Shown in pieces: positions 1 through 13,819 of a stretch of DNA of 64,000 nt. The DNA comes from Octopus vulgaris (Eukaryota). The first letter of the stretch is position 1. Every line of letters starts with the position of its first letter. A model generated the notes under the pieces. The model worked only from the letters and a program-made list of their open reading frames with translations, was not told where the DNA came from and ran no database searches. The translations under genes were made by a program, and so were the position numbers. The DNA lies in the NCBI GenBank assembly GCA_951406725.2, contig OX597822.1:82274001-82338000 (forward strand). Reading direction: 5' to 3'.

Positions 1-66
1 TTAGATGTACCGATTACCCATTGTTCCTACCACAAAATTAAACACAAACACACACACATGTGTGCG

Positions 67-154
<88 letters not shown>

Positions 155-334
155 TTAGAAGTTTGTGTTTATAAGTATGTGTACGTACATGGTGATATTA
201 CGAACAGAGTGAAAAAAGAACTCAATACCGAAGTAAAGTGAATATTTAATGTGGTTTATTTTTCCTGCTTACGGCATCCTGGAGCCTTGCAGTTGGTCGG
301 AGAGCCTTAACCATTCGGCCAAACTACATGAAAG

Positions 335-575
335 ACAGACAGAGCAAACCGTTAAATTAAGGGACGTAAACAAGCCAACACAAACTCAGATACACACACA
401 TATACGATGGGCTTCTACACAGTTTCCATCTACTAGAGTCACTAACAAGGGCTCGATCAGTCCGAGAATATAGGGAAAAAAACACTTGCCCAAAGTGCTG
501 CGTAGTGGGACTGAACCCTAAACCACGTGGTTGCAAAGCAAGTCTCTTAACCACACAGCCATGCCTGCACCTTCA
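335..575 (-). mobile_element. tRNA-derived SINE, family B (5' part)
   Basis: Shares 'cacttgcccaaagtgctgcgtagtgggactgaaccc...aaccacacagccatgcctgcacct' with many other copies in the window; A/B-box-like head on the minus strand. Confidence 0.75.
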
Positions 576-639
576 CCACATTAGTTAACCCCGGGTAAAC
601 CAATCGACTAAAAGACCCCTTGTCATAGAACAAACTTGT

Positions 640-1050
640 TTCAAGAATTGACCCCAGTACTTCTTTTTTTAAGCCTGGTACTTATTCTGTTGGTCTCTTT
701 GCCGAACCGCTAAGTTACGGAAACGTAAACGCACCAACACAGGTTGTCAAACAGTTATTGGGGACAAACGAACACAAAGATACACACACGCATATACATA
801 CATACATACATACATACATACGTATGTATGTATGTATGTATGTATGTATGTATGTATGTATGTATGTATGTATGTGTATGTGCGTGTGTGTGTGACGGGC
901 TTCTTTTCAGTTTCTGTCTAGCAAATCCATTCACAAGGTTCTTGTCGGCCTGGGGTTATAGTAGAAGCCATTTACCCAAGGTGTCACGCAGTGGAACTGA
1001 ACCTGCAACCATGTGGTTGAGAAGCAAATTGCTTACCACACAACCACATA
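640..1050 (-). mobile_element. tRNA-derived SINE, family B, near full length with internal microsatellite
   Basis: 'gccgaaccgctaagttacgg...gacgggcttcttttcagtttc...cccaaggtgtcacgcagtggaactgaacc' matches copies at 12860, 15045, 16450 and 25400; CpGs retained. Confidence 0.8.
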
Positions 1051-1089
1051 TAATCATATAAAAACAAATCAATAGAACAATATATATAT

Positions 1090-1371
1090 AATGTGAGGTA
1101 TATTTGCCATCTCAATATGGCTAACCACTAAGGGTGGGTGTTACTGTAGCCTGTAGCCCCTGGAGAACATCTCCTCCAGCTGGCTTTAGGCACACTTTCT
1201 GCCTAAAGCCAGCTGGAGATGTTCTCCTGGGACTACAGGCTACAGTAACACCCACCCTTAGTGCTTTGTACCTAAAGCCAGCTGGAGGAGATGTTCTCCT
1301 GGGGCTACAGGCTACAGTAACACCCACCCTTAGTGGTTAGCCATATTGAGATGGCTAGTATACCTCACATT
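1090..1371. repeat. Long fold-back element with a duplicated right arm
   Basis: 1090-1192 is near-perfectly reverse complementary to 1270-1371 and, over its inner ~62 nt, to 1200-1263; 7-nt loop at 1193-1199. Confidence 0.9.
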
Positions 1372-1439
1372 GTCGTGCAGTTACTGTTTACACCTCGTTC
1401 AGAGATTTATTATTGAATATATATATATATATATATATA

Positions 1440-1830
1440 CAAATAAGAAAATGGAGAAACAACCTAGTTTGTTCATCAAGTTTCGGATATTAGAATGTTG
1501 AATTATTTATTCATTTAACAAAATGAGAACCTTAATAGCACACATATATATCTTATAATTCAATACATATAAGATAAGAATACAAATTATAAAAATCATA
1601 ATATAAATTATTGAAATCATTAAGATCACTCCGGATAAATACTATCCCTTAGTGGGTTGCACCCATAACCCCTAACCCCTAACTTACTTTGTGTTATATA
1701 TATTGGTTTGTGTCTATGTTTTCGTTTCTCATTGTGTTCGACGTCCCTTTGGTGTCCTGTACTCATATATGCGTGTATATGTACATGTAGAGGTAGGTAC
1801 GTACATATATGTTTATATATATGCATATAT
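1440..1830. repeat. Composite of two interspersed repeat fragments, probably Penelope-like terminal sequence
   Basis: 1440-1590 matches 21866-22010 (direct); 1700-1830 matches 21600-21730 (inverted). Confidence 0.6.
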
Positions 1831-2189
1831 TTTATTTTATTTATTTATATATATATATATATATCAAACAGAACAGAATTATCATTACAAAACCCCAGAA
1901 CTTATTACAAAAACAACACATCACACACGCACGCACACACACACACACACACACACATACACACACACACATACACACACAAGCACCCATACCAATGGAA
2001 TATGACACATTTCCACAGGCTTGCAGCTGAGAGTCACACTAGTTACAAAAGTATTCTATAAACATGTTTGTGTGTGAGTGTGCGCGCGCCTGTATGTGTG
2101 CATATGTATGTGTGTGTACATTTATGTATGTATTCGTACATTGATGGTTGCGATTGGATTCTGAGCAATCCCATTACTTGATTGTTCTG

Positions 2190-2960
2190 TTAAACATGAG
2201 ACGCACAGATGTTGCTTTTCAATCAAGTTACGGACTTATACTCTTTTCTACAGACGTGGAACCGATGGGTGCCTCTTGCAGTAGGTGTTATAATATTGCT
2301 TTTGTTGAAACCCTCCTATGACGTTTTAATCAACTTTCTGACGCACTTTCTGCAAGTGGAGATGCCGTATAATGCCTGGTTAACAACTTCCCTCAATGTT
2401 GGACTCTTCTGATGACTTCCAAATCTTGTCTTAAACAAACACAACCCCGTAACATTGGGCTGTGCGCCAGTAAGGGTCACATGAAGACCCTTTCTGAACA
2501 TCTTTATTGAGCTTTTCATTGGGAGTCCACACAACAAAACAGCTGAGGTACCACGATAATATTTTAAGGGCTTCTGAAAAATCTTTGCTTTTGATGTATG
2601 CATTGGTATGGATTGCAAGAAACGGGTTTCTTTACAGCATTCATCCTACACAAATTAATGTGTGAAAAACAAAATAGGAATTTTGAAAGAAGTATCGATA
2701 AAACTAGTTTGTAAACATCGAATAGCTATGGGGGTCCACCAGAATACAATTGTAATCAAAGGGGTCCGTGGATAAAAACTGGTTGGAAAACCCTGATTTA
2801 GAGTGAGGTTTTTCCATCCCTTTTCCAAGATTTTGATTTTCTCCTTTGTATTCTTACTCAATTCCAATCTGTGTGCTGGTCTTTTACGTTGGGCTAACTC
2901 TCCACACAGAAATTGCTAGGGGACCCGTTCATCTTCCATCCTGACTCTATAAACACTTCA
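2190..2960 (-). pseudogene. Decayed RTE/BovB-like LINE ORF2 C-terminal remnant, interrupted by a MITE fragment
   Basis: Minus-strand translation gives RMEDERVP*QFLCGELAQRKRPAH (RTE 'RM.D.R.PKQ.LYGEL..GKR' motif) near 2860-2945 and a degenerate zinc-finger-like end HVCRKEYKSVT*LKSNICASH near 2195-2260; contains stops. Confidence 0.6.
2655..2796 (-). mobile_element. hAT-type MITE end fragment
   Basis: Minus strand starts CAGGGTTTTCCAACC (hAT/Charlie-like TIR); a related fragment lies at about 63360-63465. Confidence 0.5.
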
Positions 2961-3218
2961 TATATGAAATAAAACCAACAGGCTGTTAGTTAATTGTGAA
3001 GATGTATTTCAGGAAAACGTGGAGATCTTATTGTGTAATCATTTACACAATGCACAAAGCTGACTGCAGTCAATACCTACTGTATTAGCTCATAGCTTTA
3101 CATAACAAAACCAAACGTATATATGTAATACAATCGCGTGTATATACATATGTGTGTGGCATGTGTGCATGAGTGTAGGTATGTATATATGTATGTACAC
3201 ACACGCAAACACATTTGC

Positions 3219-3260
<42 letters not shown>

Positions 3261-3372
3261 GAACGGAATAAAGAGTACTCAAAATTTACTACGATATTTA
3301 AGAGGCAAACAGTATAGCCTGCCCGATACCCTCGGTTTCGTGTTAACAGCGTATTGCCTTATATATATATAT

Positions 3373-3501
<129 letters not shown>

Positions 3502-3838
3502 CTGCCCCCTTCTTCCCAAATATATGTATGTTGTGCGGGTGCGCGCAAGGGGAACAAAAGCATAAACTTCCGATATGTCTGTGAATGTACATAGACATAT
3601 ATATATATATACACATATATACATGCATGTGTGTGTGTGTGTGTGTGGTGAGAGAGACAGAAATATAAAGAGGTCAGAGGAAGGAAGAGAAATAAAAAAA
3701 ATAATAACAAAATGAAGTAGAGAGAATCAGAGAGGCAGACAGAGTGAGAAAGAGATGGAGGGGAGAGTAAAAGGAAGAGGAGAGGCAAAGAGGAACAAGT
3801 AGGAGAGAAAGTTTGAAATTATTGTGGAGGAATGAGGG

Positions 3839-3903
<65 letters not shown>

Positions 3904-4333
3904 GGGGAGAGGTGGAGAGAGGGGGGTGTAATTAAATAGAATGGAGAGAAGTAGAGAAGGAAAGAAACAGAATGCTGAATTGATTTGGAGAGAGAGAGAG
4001 AAGCGGGCGGTCAAAGAGACTATATATATTGAGAGATAACCAATGCTGAAGAAATAAAAAAAATAATAATTCACTGAAGCTTTACCCTCTCATCCTTTCA
4101 CCTTTAAACCTTTATATATTTTCTATCTCTCTTTCTCTAATTACACACACACACATAAACACACACACCTCGTTTCCCCCCCTCCTTCTCTTTTCCGCAT
4201 CGTCGTTTGTCCTCTGTTCTGTCCTCTCCTTTACTAACGACACGTTACACAATGTTTCAATGCCATTAGTTCCCCCTGTTGGTCAACTAGACTTTCAATA
4301 AACCAACACCATACAACGTGTTAATGTGCGTCC

Positions 4334-4395
<62 letters not shown>

Positions 4396-4568
4396 TGTAT
4401 GAGAGAGAGAGAGACTCTAAACATTAAAGAAAGGTAAACGAAAGAATCGAAAATGCGAGGGAAAGACAAAAAAATATAAATGGAAAGAGCAAAAGGGCCT
4501 CCGTCTCCACCGCCACCACTACGGACAGCCAATGTACAACTTATTTCTCCCAACACCATCATCATCAG

Positions 4569-4662
4569 CTTCTTCTTCTTCTTCTTCTTCTTCTTCTTCT
4601 TCTTCTTCTTCTTCTTCTTCTTCTTCTTCTTCTTCTTCTTCTTCTTCTTCTTCTTCTTCTCC
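4569..4662. repeat. (CTT)n microsatellite
   Basis: Directly visible. Confidence 0.95.
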
Positions 4663-5610
4663 TTCAGCTGATTTACTCACGGCATCACGGCACTCTTCAA
4701 TAATCAGCTTGGAGAATCTTTATCAATGGAATAATATCAAAACCTATCGTCTGCTTCTTCGATTTTAGGATTGCCTGCGATGTTTCTGCACCAATTTCAT
4801 AGAGATCTTCCTCGTTTTTCTTCCTCTCTCTTTCTCTCTCAATTTTCCTCCCATTCTGACTTCCTTTTTCTCTCTTTTCCTCAATCAGTTTTTTTTTCTT
4901 TCTTTCTAGCTTTCTTTCCTGTTAATTCCTCCATCCTCTAATCCTCTATATTTTACTGATAAAATTTCATATTTCCTAATAGCTCTCATACTCCCTCTTT
5001 TCTCTCTCTTTCTCTCACCTTCTTTATCACTGTACTTTCCTCTCATATTTCCCAACTTTGCCAGTAATTTCTTTCAAATATCGACTCTCTCTCACTCTCT
5101 CCTTCTCTGTCTTTCTTTCTCACATTCACTCTCTATCGTGTCCTTTACTTTCATATTATTTTTTTCTTCTCACCTCTCTTTCACTATTTCTTCTGTTATC
5201 TTCCTCACATCTTTCAAAGAATCTCCTCACTAGTCATGTCTTCCAGTCAAATTCTCTTTCTTCTCCCTCTCTCTCTCCCTTTCTTTCTAATTTACATTCT
5301 TCTTCATTAATCTTTCTTTCTCTCCCTCCTTCCATCTTATCTCACGACATCACTTACTTTTTCTCAGTTTTATCAGTCTCTCTACTCTTAATAGTCTCTC
5401 AACAATTTCTCCTCTCACTCATACCCATTCTCTTTCACTCACTCTTTCTCTTCATACTTTCCCCTTTATTCTCTTTTTCTTTCACACTTTCATTTTAATT
5501 AGATCTTAACTCATTAGTCTTCTATTTTTTTTCTAATCTTTTCTTCTCTCCTTTTTATCTATTTAACAATATCTTCCTATCAGTCTCTCAAATTCCATCA
5601 TTCGCTTGTT

Positions 5611-5646
<36 letters not shown>

Positions 5647-5647
5647 A

Positions 5648-5738
<91 letters not shown>

Positions 5739-6103
5739 TACATTCTCACGTTTATTTCTATTTGAATTCTTTTTTAACTTTCTTCACTTTATCTTTCTTT
5801 TTTTTTATCTTCTTTTCGAAAGTTAAAGTCAGTTTACTCTCTCTCTCTCTCTCTCTCTTCCACTTACCATCTACTTTACTTCTCCCTCCATTCTTTTCCA
5901 TCTCTCTTTCCTTTATCTCACTCTCTATTGTCATTTTGCTGTTTTGCTTTTTATCTTAATTTCACACTCATTTCTCGCTATTTTCTTTTTCTTTCTTTTT
6001 CCTTTCTCTTCCTCGCTATTTCTTTTATAAATCACTCTTATTTACTTTCACAGCTTACTTCTCTCACTCACTCTCCCCTCATACTCTCTCTTTCTCCACC
6101 TAA

Positions 6104-6161
6104 CTATCTATCAATCTATCTATCTATCTATCTATCAATCTATCTATCTATCTATCTATCA

Positions 6162-6248
<87 letters not shown>

Positions 6249-6273
6249 CATCCATCCATCCATCCATCCATCC

Positions 6274-6341
<68 letters not shown>

Positions 6342-6342
6342 C
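6104..6342. repeat. (CTAT)n/(CCAT)n microsatellite
   Basis: Directly visible. Confidence 0.95.
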
Positions 6343-6423
6343 TAGTGTGTGTAAGGTGTCTCAGAAGTTAGAAAGTTACAATAATCTCTCTTTCTCTTTT
6401 ACTTTATCACCGCCCCACCCGCC

Positions 6424-6471
<48 letters not shown>

Positions 6472-6632
6472 TGTTGTACCTGTGCAGCAATGCTTACAGT
6501 TTTACGCTGAATATTTAAAACATATATGCTTATATTGCTTACACATACATACACACACATTTATTATGTAAACGTCTGTTAAAACAGTTAATAAGAGTTG
6601 GTTAGATCTGTTGTCTGCGTTGGCTCACACAG

Positions 6633-6725
<93 letters not shown>

Positions 6726-7222
6726 TATAAATATGTAAACAGTATCTGCTTGTACACACATGCACATGTCCGTCAGCGAACGTAAACGTATGACTTCGAC
6801 ATCTACTCACACACACACACACACACACACACTTATACTATAAAATAAAACGCATCCCAAAACATACTCACACCTACATCATATATATATATACACACAC
6901 ACACACATATAAGTAGGTTTCTATTTACACACACACACACACATATACATACATATACATACGCACACTACACATATATTTACTACCATCTATTTACAAG
7001 GTCACACATACACATATACACGCGGGCAGATTTACATCTGCATAAATTGACACGGATAAATATACACCACTACACACATGCGCGCACACCTACATACATA
7101 CATACATACATACATACATACATACATACATACGCAACACATATTTACAGGTATCTACTTAAAAGGGGACACACACACACACATACACATACGCACACAC
7201 ACTTGGACATACATTTACGTGT

Positions 7223-7333
<111 letters not shown>

Positions 7334-7468
7334 CGAAATGATTTGGTAACCCCATTCTTTGATATTTGTCATTATAGAGCGTGAGGATAATTTGGTTGAT
7401 TTTCTGATAATTCAAAAATAGTAGTGAAAAAGCACCCCCGCTTTTTAATTTTCTGATAGCTAACATAT

Positions 7469-7534
<66 letters not shown>

Positions 7535-7958
7535 CAATGTGTTTATGTATATAATGTAATTAGACACATGCGCGCAACTATCCTATCTGAACTTGTAAAC
7601 CTGTGTGCGCCGCATTTACAACAGCTCACACACAGCTCACACCACACACTCACATAAATTCACGCATCTACACATCATCTCTTCTCGCTTATCATTCATT
7701 CACATACACACACGCAATCGCTGTGAAACATCATTGAGACACATACATAACTATCAATGGATAAAGAGGAGCAGTTTGTGGTAGTAGGCCGTCTGTGTAT
7801 ACGCCTTAAAAGCATGTGACGTATCAACTACATGTGTCTTTACTAGCGAAAGGAGAAAGAAAAATATTTACAACGATCGTACACATTCGAACGACAGGAT
7901 ACACCTTTCTCGTGTTTATATATATATATATATATGTATATACATTTTTCTCTTTCTT

Positions 7959-7997
<39 letters not shown>

Positions 7998-8361
7998 TAC
8001 ATGTAGCTAGATAGAAAGATATACATATTTATACATACACACCTCTTTCAAGTTTTCTAACGGAGATCATGTTCCCCATACAAACATCAAATGCACACAT
8101 GTAGGTAGATAGGTAGACATACATACATACATACATACATACATACATACATACATGAATTTATAACTAAATATATATTCACCTACATACACCTATTCTA
8201 GTTTTCAACTGAGATCATGTTCTAATACATATACATCTATGCATAGAAATTCACATATATATATACAAATATATATACAGACTCACTTACACACTCATAC
8301 ACACACACACATATATATAGAGAGAGAAGCACATCTGTATAACATAACCACCTCATAGCGG

Positions 8362-8440
8362 TCAGTCGTTCGGATGTAGTTTCCCTGTCCCCGTTTAAAG
8401 TTCGGGGCTGAATAAACCATACATTCTACGACGACGTCAC
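8362..8440 (+). promoter_or_regulatory. Candidate core promoter/5' UTR: Inr-like TCAGTC and CRE-like CGACGTCA
   Basis: TCAGTC at 8362-8367 fits the invertebrate Inr consensus TCAGTY; CGACGTCA at 8432-8439 is a 7/8 match to CRE TGACGTCA; CpG-rich unique sequence just upstream of the ATG. Confidence 0.35.
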
Positions 8441-8504
8441 AAAATCTGTCACCCTGTCTCAACCACCGCAAACCCCCAAAAAAACTCCCAAACCTCCCAA
8501 AAAC

Positions 8505-8726
8505 ATGAACTTATGTGGCTGGGAGTTTTTGGCCAAACGACAATATTATGCTGCTCAAAGCAGACGACATTCCTATGGAGGTCCCCCGGCTCTCTTCCCT
8601 ATATCCGATGAAGGAGAAGACAGCGAAGGGTCGGAGACCCTTGGGGACCTCCCCCCGGAATTCCTACAAAAGGCTACTCGTTACAAAAACCGACGGAGAT
8701 CGCAGCCTGTGGGACGCGCTTCTTTG
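8505..8726 (+). CDS. Putative first coding exon (74 codons) of an unidentified host gene; disordered N-terminus with basophilic kinase motifs
   Basis: ATG in aaaacATG context; complex, GC-rich open frame MNLCGWEFLAKRQYYAAQSRRHSYGG...RRRSQPVGRASL ends exactly at the consensus donor TTG|GTAAGT (GT at 8727-8728, phase 0). Confidence 0.7.
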
Positions 8727-9212
8727 GTAAGTACAATTGTTTAATTACTACTGTCATCAACTAATTAATACTATTACCCTTCCTTGGTCGATCGACCTGC
8801 TGGTTATCGCAACCAAATTTTCTTCACATTGTTTAATGTACTCAAAGGTAATCATAGGTAATGTATGAAATCAAAGTTGGGATGGTCACGATTGGAACAT
8901 CTTTGATCATAGGTCTACTCGATCACGGTGGATCTACGGCTTAACATCAGTTATTATTATTATTACTAGTGTTACTACAAATACTACTACTACTAGTACC
9001 ACTTCTGTAATTGTTAGTATTATTATCATTATCACTGGTACTATAGTATAATAGTAGCCACACACAAATGCATATACACATACATGTAACTACGTACACT
9101 TACATATAGATACAGACATACATACAAACACGCACGCTTGGATATATTTTGGAAAAAAGGCAAAATAATTAAAGGACAATGAATGGGGTAAAACAATGAC
9201 TACGACGGCGAC

Positions 9213-9317
9213 GAAGAAGAAGAAGAAGAAGAAGAAGAAGAAGAAGAAGAAGAAGAAGAAGAAGAAGAAGAAGAAGAAGAAGAAGAAGAAGAAGAAGAAG
9301 AAGAAGAAGAAGAAGAA
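9213..9317. repeat. (GAA)n microsatellite
   Basis: Directly visible. Confidence 0.95.
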
Positions 9318-9775
9318 CGAGAAGAAGAGGAAAACGACGATGATATTAAGGGAAGCGGTGTTGATTTTTTGTGATGAAGGCGGTGGGTTGTAAGGACGGC
9401 GGCGACGTCTTGGGATTGCCAGTGTAAGATTAAAAATATAGAAACGATGAAGAAGAAAGAAGAGGAGGAGGGGGAACTTGTAAAGGAAATGCAGAGGGAG
9501 GTTGACTGTTGATATTGATGGCTTTGTTTGTGATGATGACAACTGCAGTTTTGTCGGTGGTTGTTGTGGTTTGTAGTGTTGTTCCTGCTACTGTTCATGA
9601 TGATGATGATGGTGATGGTGGTGGTGGTGGTAGTGGTGGTAGTTGCAGAGATAATGGTTGTTATAATATGACGAGGGTGTCGCTGATGATATTGTTTATA
9701 GTGGTAGTACTGTTTGGTAAACAGGCTTGCCTCAGCGCATGTAACAACACTAATTGTAAACACGCAGTCATATAC

Positions 9776-9850
<75 letters not shown>

Positions 9851-10078
9851 CAGATACATGAGTAGATAGGCAGGCAGGCAGGCAGACAGATCGATCGATA
9901 AATAAACAGATATAGATAAACAGACAGATCGATAAGCAACAATTGACAGGTAAAACGACAGATACAGGGAGAGATCTTTAAAGAGTGATAGACGGGCAGA
10001 CAGACAGACAAGCAGGCAGACAGAGAGTTACAGGGGGGAAATCATGAGTAGCTTGCGGTCTTTTTTATACATACACAA

Positions 10079-10116
<38 letters not shown>

Positions 10117-10791
10117 ATATAATCATAATACGTGTATACTGTATGTAAATACATTTATACATACATACATACATACATACATACATACATACATACATAC
10201 ATACATACATACATACATAAGTATGTGCGCGTACGCTAATACAGGCAACGTACGAGAGAGAGAGAGTGGGGGTAGATAATAGCGACTAACCGGTGGACTG
10301 AATAACGGGCCGATAGATATATAGATCATTAGATTATAGTTTGACATAATCCTAATCTCTTACGAATCGGTGGATTAGGGAGGCAACAGGTTATTGTCTA
10401 GTCCATACCTATATATAGAACTGTCTATGTGTAATTGTGTGTATGTGTGAGTGTTTATATATTTATGTATGACCGAGTACATGTGTTTCTGAGCATATCT
10501 ATGTGTGTCAATGTGTAACTGATTGGAAATAAATACATGTACGTGTGTGTGAGTGTGTGTGCGTAGGTAGGTGTGCATATATATATATTCATATTCATAT
10601 ATATATATATATATATACAGTCTTCTATGTCTGGTTTGCTATGTGCGTATGCATGGTCAAAGTTTGTGTTATTCTATAACAGAACTTTCGAATTGTTTAC
10701 AAAACTGTTGACCGACCAGTATATTTGTACTTCCCTGTATTTGTAACCATTTGTATCTATTAGTATGGCTCTGCTGCTTGTATCCAGGTAG

Positions 10792-10964
10792 CACTAGCGT
10801 AGCTAGAGATGGGGGCGGCAGGGCGGTCTGCTCCGGGCGGTACTTTTAAAGGAGCACCACTTTTAGGTCTGCTGTAGGCGATAGGTTTTTGTTTTTTTTA
10901 TGGGGTTCGGTGGTGGAAAACGGAAGGGTCTCTCCGGGTGGCACACATTCTAGCTACGCTAGTG
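10792..10964. mobile_element. hAT-superfamily MITE (173 bp)
   Basis: Perfect 16-bp TIRs CACTAGCGTAGCTAGA/TCTAGCTACGCTAGTG; perfect 8-bp TSD CCAGGTAG at 10784-10791 and 10965-10972. Confidence 0.92.
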
Positions 10965-11578
10965 CCAGGTAGTGCAATTTTGTCCACGCTTCTCCCCACT
11001 CCTCGCCTACTCCGGGTATGTGCCACCTTGGAGCAACATCAGGTGCTTTAAGTACTTAACTTGATGTATGGTCTTCTGCTACCTGTGGCCTCTCCTAGGA
11101 TTGGCAGGAAAACTGACGTGGAAACCCTTTGCATCTTGTTTTAATGGGGTCTCACCTTGCTTGCTACCAATTGTTTTTACAAAGCTGCTGGGAGCAAGGG
11201 GTATGATCTCAATGAAGTGTGTGTGTGTGTGTGTGTGTGACCTTGTTTTTGCTGTGTGTGGAATTTGTCAATGAGTGTCACTGGCGCATAAGCACATAAG
11301 CTGTAGCAAATATTCTGCAAAGAACATATCTAGCTATGAGTATATATGTGGGTGTATATACGACCTTGCTTGGAAATAATAGGTGAGGGTTGGAAAGAAG
11401 GGTGTCGGACCATAGAAAAGTCCTCAGTAAACTCCATCTGATCTATGCAAACATGGAAAAGTGGACGTTAGAATAATGATGATGATGATGGTGATGACAA
11501 TATCAAAAAGGAACAACACAGCAGTGTGAAGATTCTTGAAACATAAAATTCTGAGTTGCAATTTATGAAGTTTTACAA

Positions 11579-11634
<56 letters not shown>

Positions 11635-11679
11635 ACAAACACACACACACGCAAGCACACAAACTCAAGCACACACACA

Positions 11680-11740
<61 letters not shown>

Positions 11741-11811
11741 GCGCACGCACACAAACACACACACATACACAAACAGACAAACACACACACACGCAAGCAC
11801 ACAAACTCAAG

Positions 11812-11842
<31 letters not shown>

Positions 11843-12147
11843 ATACACATTTATGCATATATTCTCACCAAGATGACATTGTATCCTTCTTCTACTCCAG
11901 AAGATTCAGCCGACCTTTCCAACAAAATTGTCTTTCTCTTCAAACGTCCCTGAAAAAAGGCCCCTTCTAACTACCCCCTACACCTTGTTATGATCTTTTC
12001 TCATTTTCATACAAATCAACACTCCTCGACCCCCATCTCCTCTTTTACCTGCCCTTCCATCTCCTCCCTTACCTTTCTCTTTATTTCAATGTTTACCTGA
12101 CTATATTCCATCTCATCAGCTGATACAACTACTCTCAGACTCTCTGC

Positions 12148-12344
12148 TAACAGTTCTCAATCATGGCTCTCAGGGCCTCATGTGGCCCTCAGACCTCCTT
12201 CTGGCAGCTTTTGACAGTCTTCCTACTATATACATGATACATTTTTCTTTAATTGACTTGTGTTTTATGATTTTTGGTGTGGTGCCCTAAAAAAATCCAA
12301 GTTTTTGGATCTGGTCTGAATATTAGAATGGCTGAGAATCACTG
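12148..12344. mobile_element. Degenerate hAT/Charlie-like MITE
   Basis: Imperfect termini 'cagttctcaatcat' and 'atggctgagaatcactg'; subterminal 'gggcctcatgtggccc'. Confidence 0.45.
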
Positions 12345-12527
12345 CTGTATATAATTGCTCAGCTTGCTAAAAAAATAGCTGAAAAATCTTTCTCAAATCA
12401 AACTCTAAAACATTGAACAATATGCCCTTCAATATACAATAAGAGACGTGTTTGAATAGAACAACTTTGGTTATAGTTTTATTCTACTGGGACTTCAGCC
12501 AGTACAAGAGTCTTTCTGTAATCTGTA

Positions 12528-12712
12528 TGCTAGAAATAATAGCTAAGTCTCAATCAAATCCCACTCAGATTTCTTTAAAAAAATGAAAGACACAGGATGC
12601 ATTCAACCCAAGTACACTGTTTGAAATTTGGTGAAATAGTCATAGTTGGATTGCTTTTGGTCATATATTCATTTACTCTATCATGGCTGACCTGAAGCTA
12701 AACACCAACAAT
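12528..12712 (+). repeat. Old abundant interspersed repeat, family F (representative copy)
   Basis: 'gctagaaatagcagccaaatct...gatggtcatggctggaatgcctttgatcata...ctaaacaacaac'-like motif recurs near 8790, 12360, 13470, 13920, 37200, 37720, 52055, 56975, 58480, 60555 and 61985 (minus). Confidence 0.7.
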
Positions 12713-12859
12713 GCCTTTATATTTGGACATGAAATGGATACAGTTTGGTGCCACAACACATTTCAATCCAATCCTGGCCCAAATTCTGTCACTTCTAGCA
12801 AGACCATTCCAAAATAACCAGAAGCATATACATTACTTGCAGACATATGTACAACACAC

Positions 12860-13250
12860 TAGACAAAGTTTGAAGTTTGCTTTCCAACCACATGGTCCCA
12901 GGTTCAGTCCCACTGTGTGGCACCTTGGGCAAGAGTCTTCTACTATAGCCTCAAGCCGACCAAAGCCTTGTGGTAAATGGAAACTAAAAGAAGCCTGTCT
13001 TATATGTTTATATACATCTATGTATGTGTGTCTTTGTTTCTGTTTGTTCCTCACCACTGCTTGACAACGGGTGTTGGTGTGTTTACGTCCCCATAACTTA
13101 GCGGTTTGGCAAAAGAAACTGATAGAATAAGTACCAGGCTTTAAAAGATTAAATATTGGGGTTAGTTCATTCGAGTAAAAACTGTTCAAAGTGGTGCCCC
13201 AGCTCGGCCACAGTCTAATGACTGAAACTAGTAAAAGAATAAAAGAGATT
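12860..13250 (+). mobile_element. SINE family B
   Basis: B-box 'ggttcagtccc'; body and 3' end 'aatgactgaaactagtaaaagaataaaaga' shared with other copies. Confidence 0.8.
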
Positions 13251-13672
13251 ATAGTGCTGTGCCTCATGTAATTCCTCGGTGCCTGCCAAAATGTGCTGAA
13301 GGGTCTTTAGGTAACTGGGAAGTTGGGATCTGTGGGTTGGGCCTTGCCATTTGACCAACTACAATCGTAAACCTTGGGACTGGTCGTTTAGAGTTGACCA
13401 GGGGCTACAACAACAACTACAACTACAACAATGAACAATGAATGAAAGAACCTCTAAATGGCCACTTGAAATGCTAGAAATAGCAGCTAAATATGTTACA
13501 ATCTTTGAAATGGGCACATTGGATATTGAAGTTTTAAGTACATGATGTCTGAAGGACAGACGGGATGGTCATGGCTGGGGCACCATTGATCATTTGTCTC
13601 CTTCATTAGAGCTTGCCTAAGGTTATAAAAGAACTTTAAACAAAACTAATTGGAGCACCAAGAATTGTTGGT

Positions 13673-13682
13673 GCCACTACTA

Positions 13683-13750
<68 letters not shown>

Positions 13751-13751
13751 G

Positions 13752-13819
<68 letters not shown>
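13673..13819. repeat. (CTA)n microsatellite
   Basis: Directly visible. Confidence 0.95.

Noticed and set aside
1121-1340. Mirror-image ORFs on both strands
   Set aside because: A consequence of the inverted repeat.
1667-1684. Telomere-like taacccctaacccctaac
   Set aside because: Only about 2.5 units of a 7-mer; too short to call.
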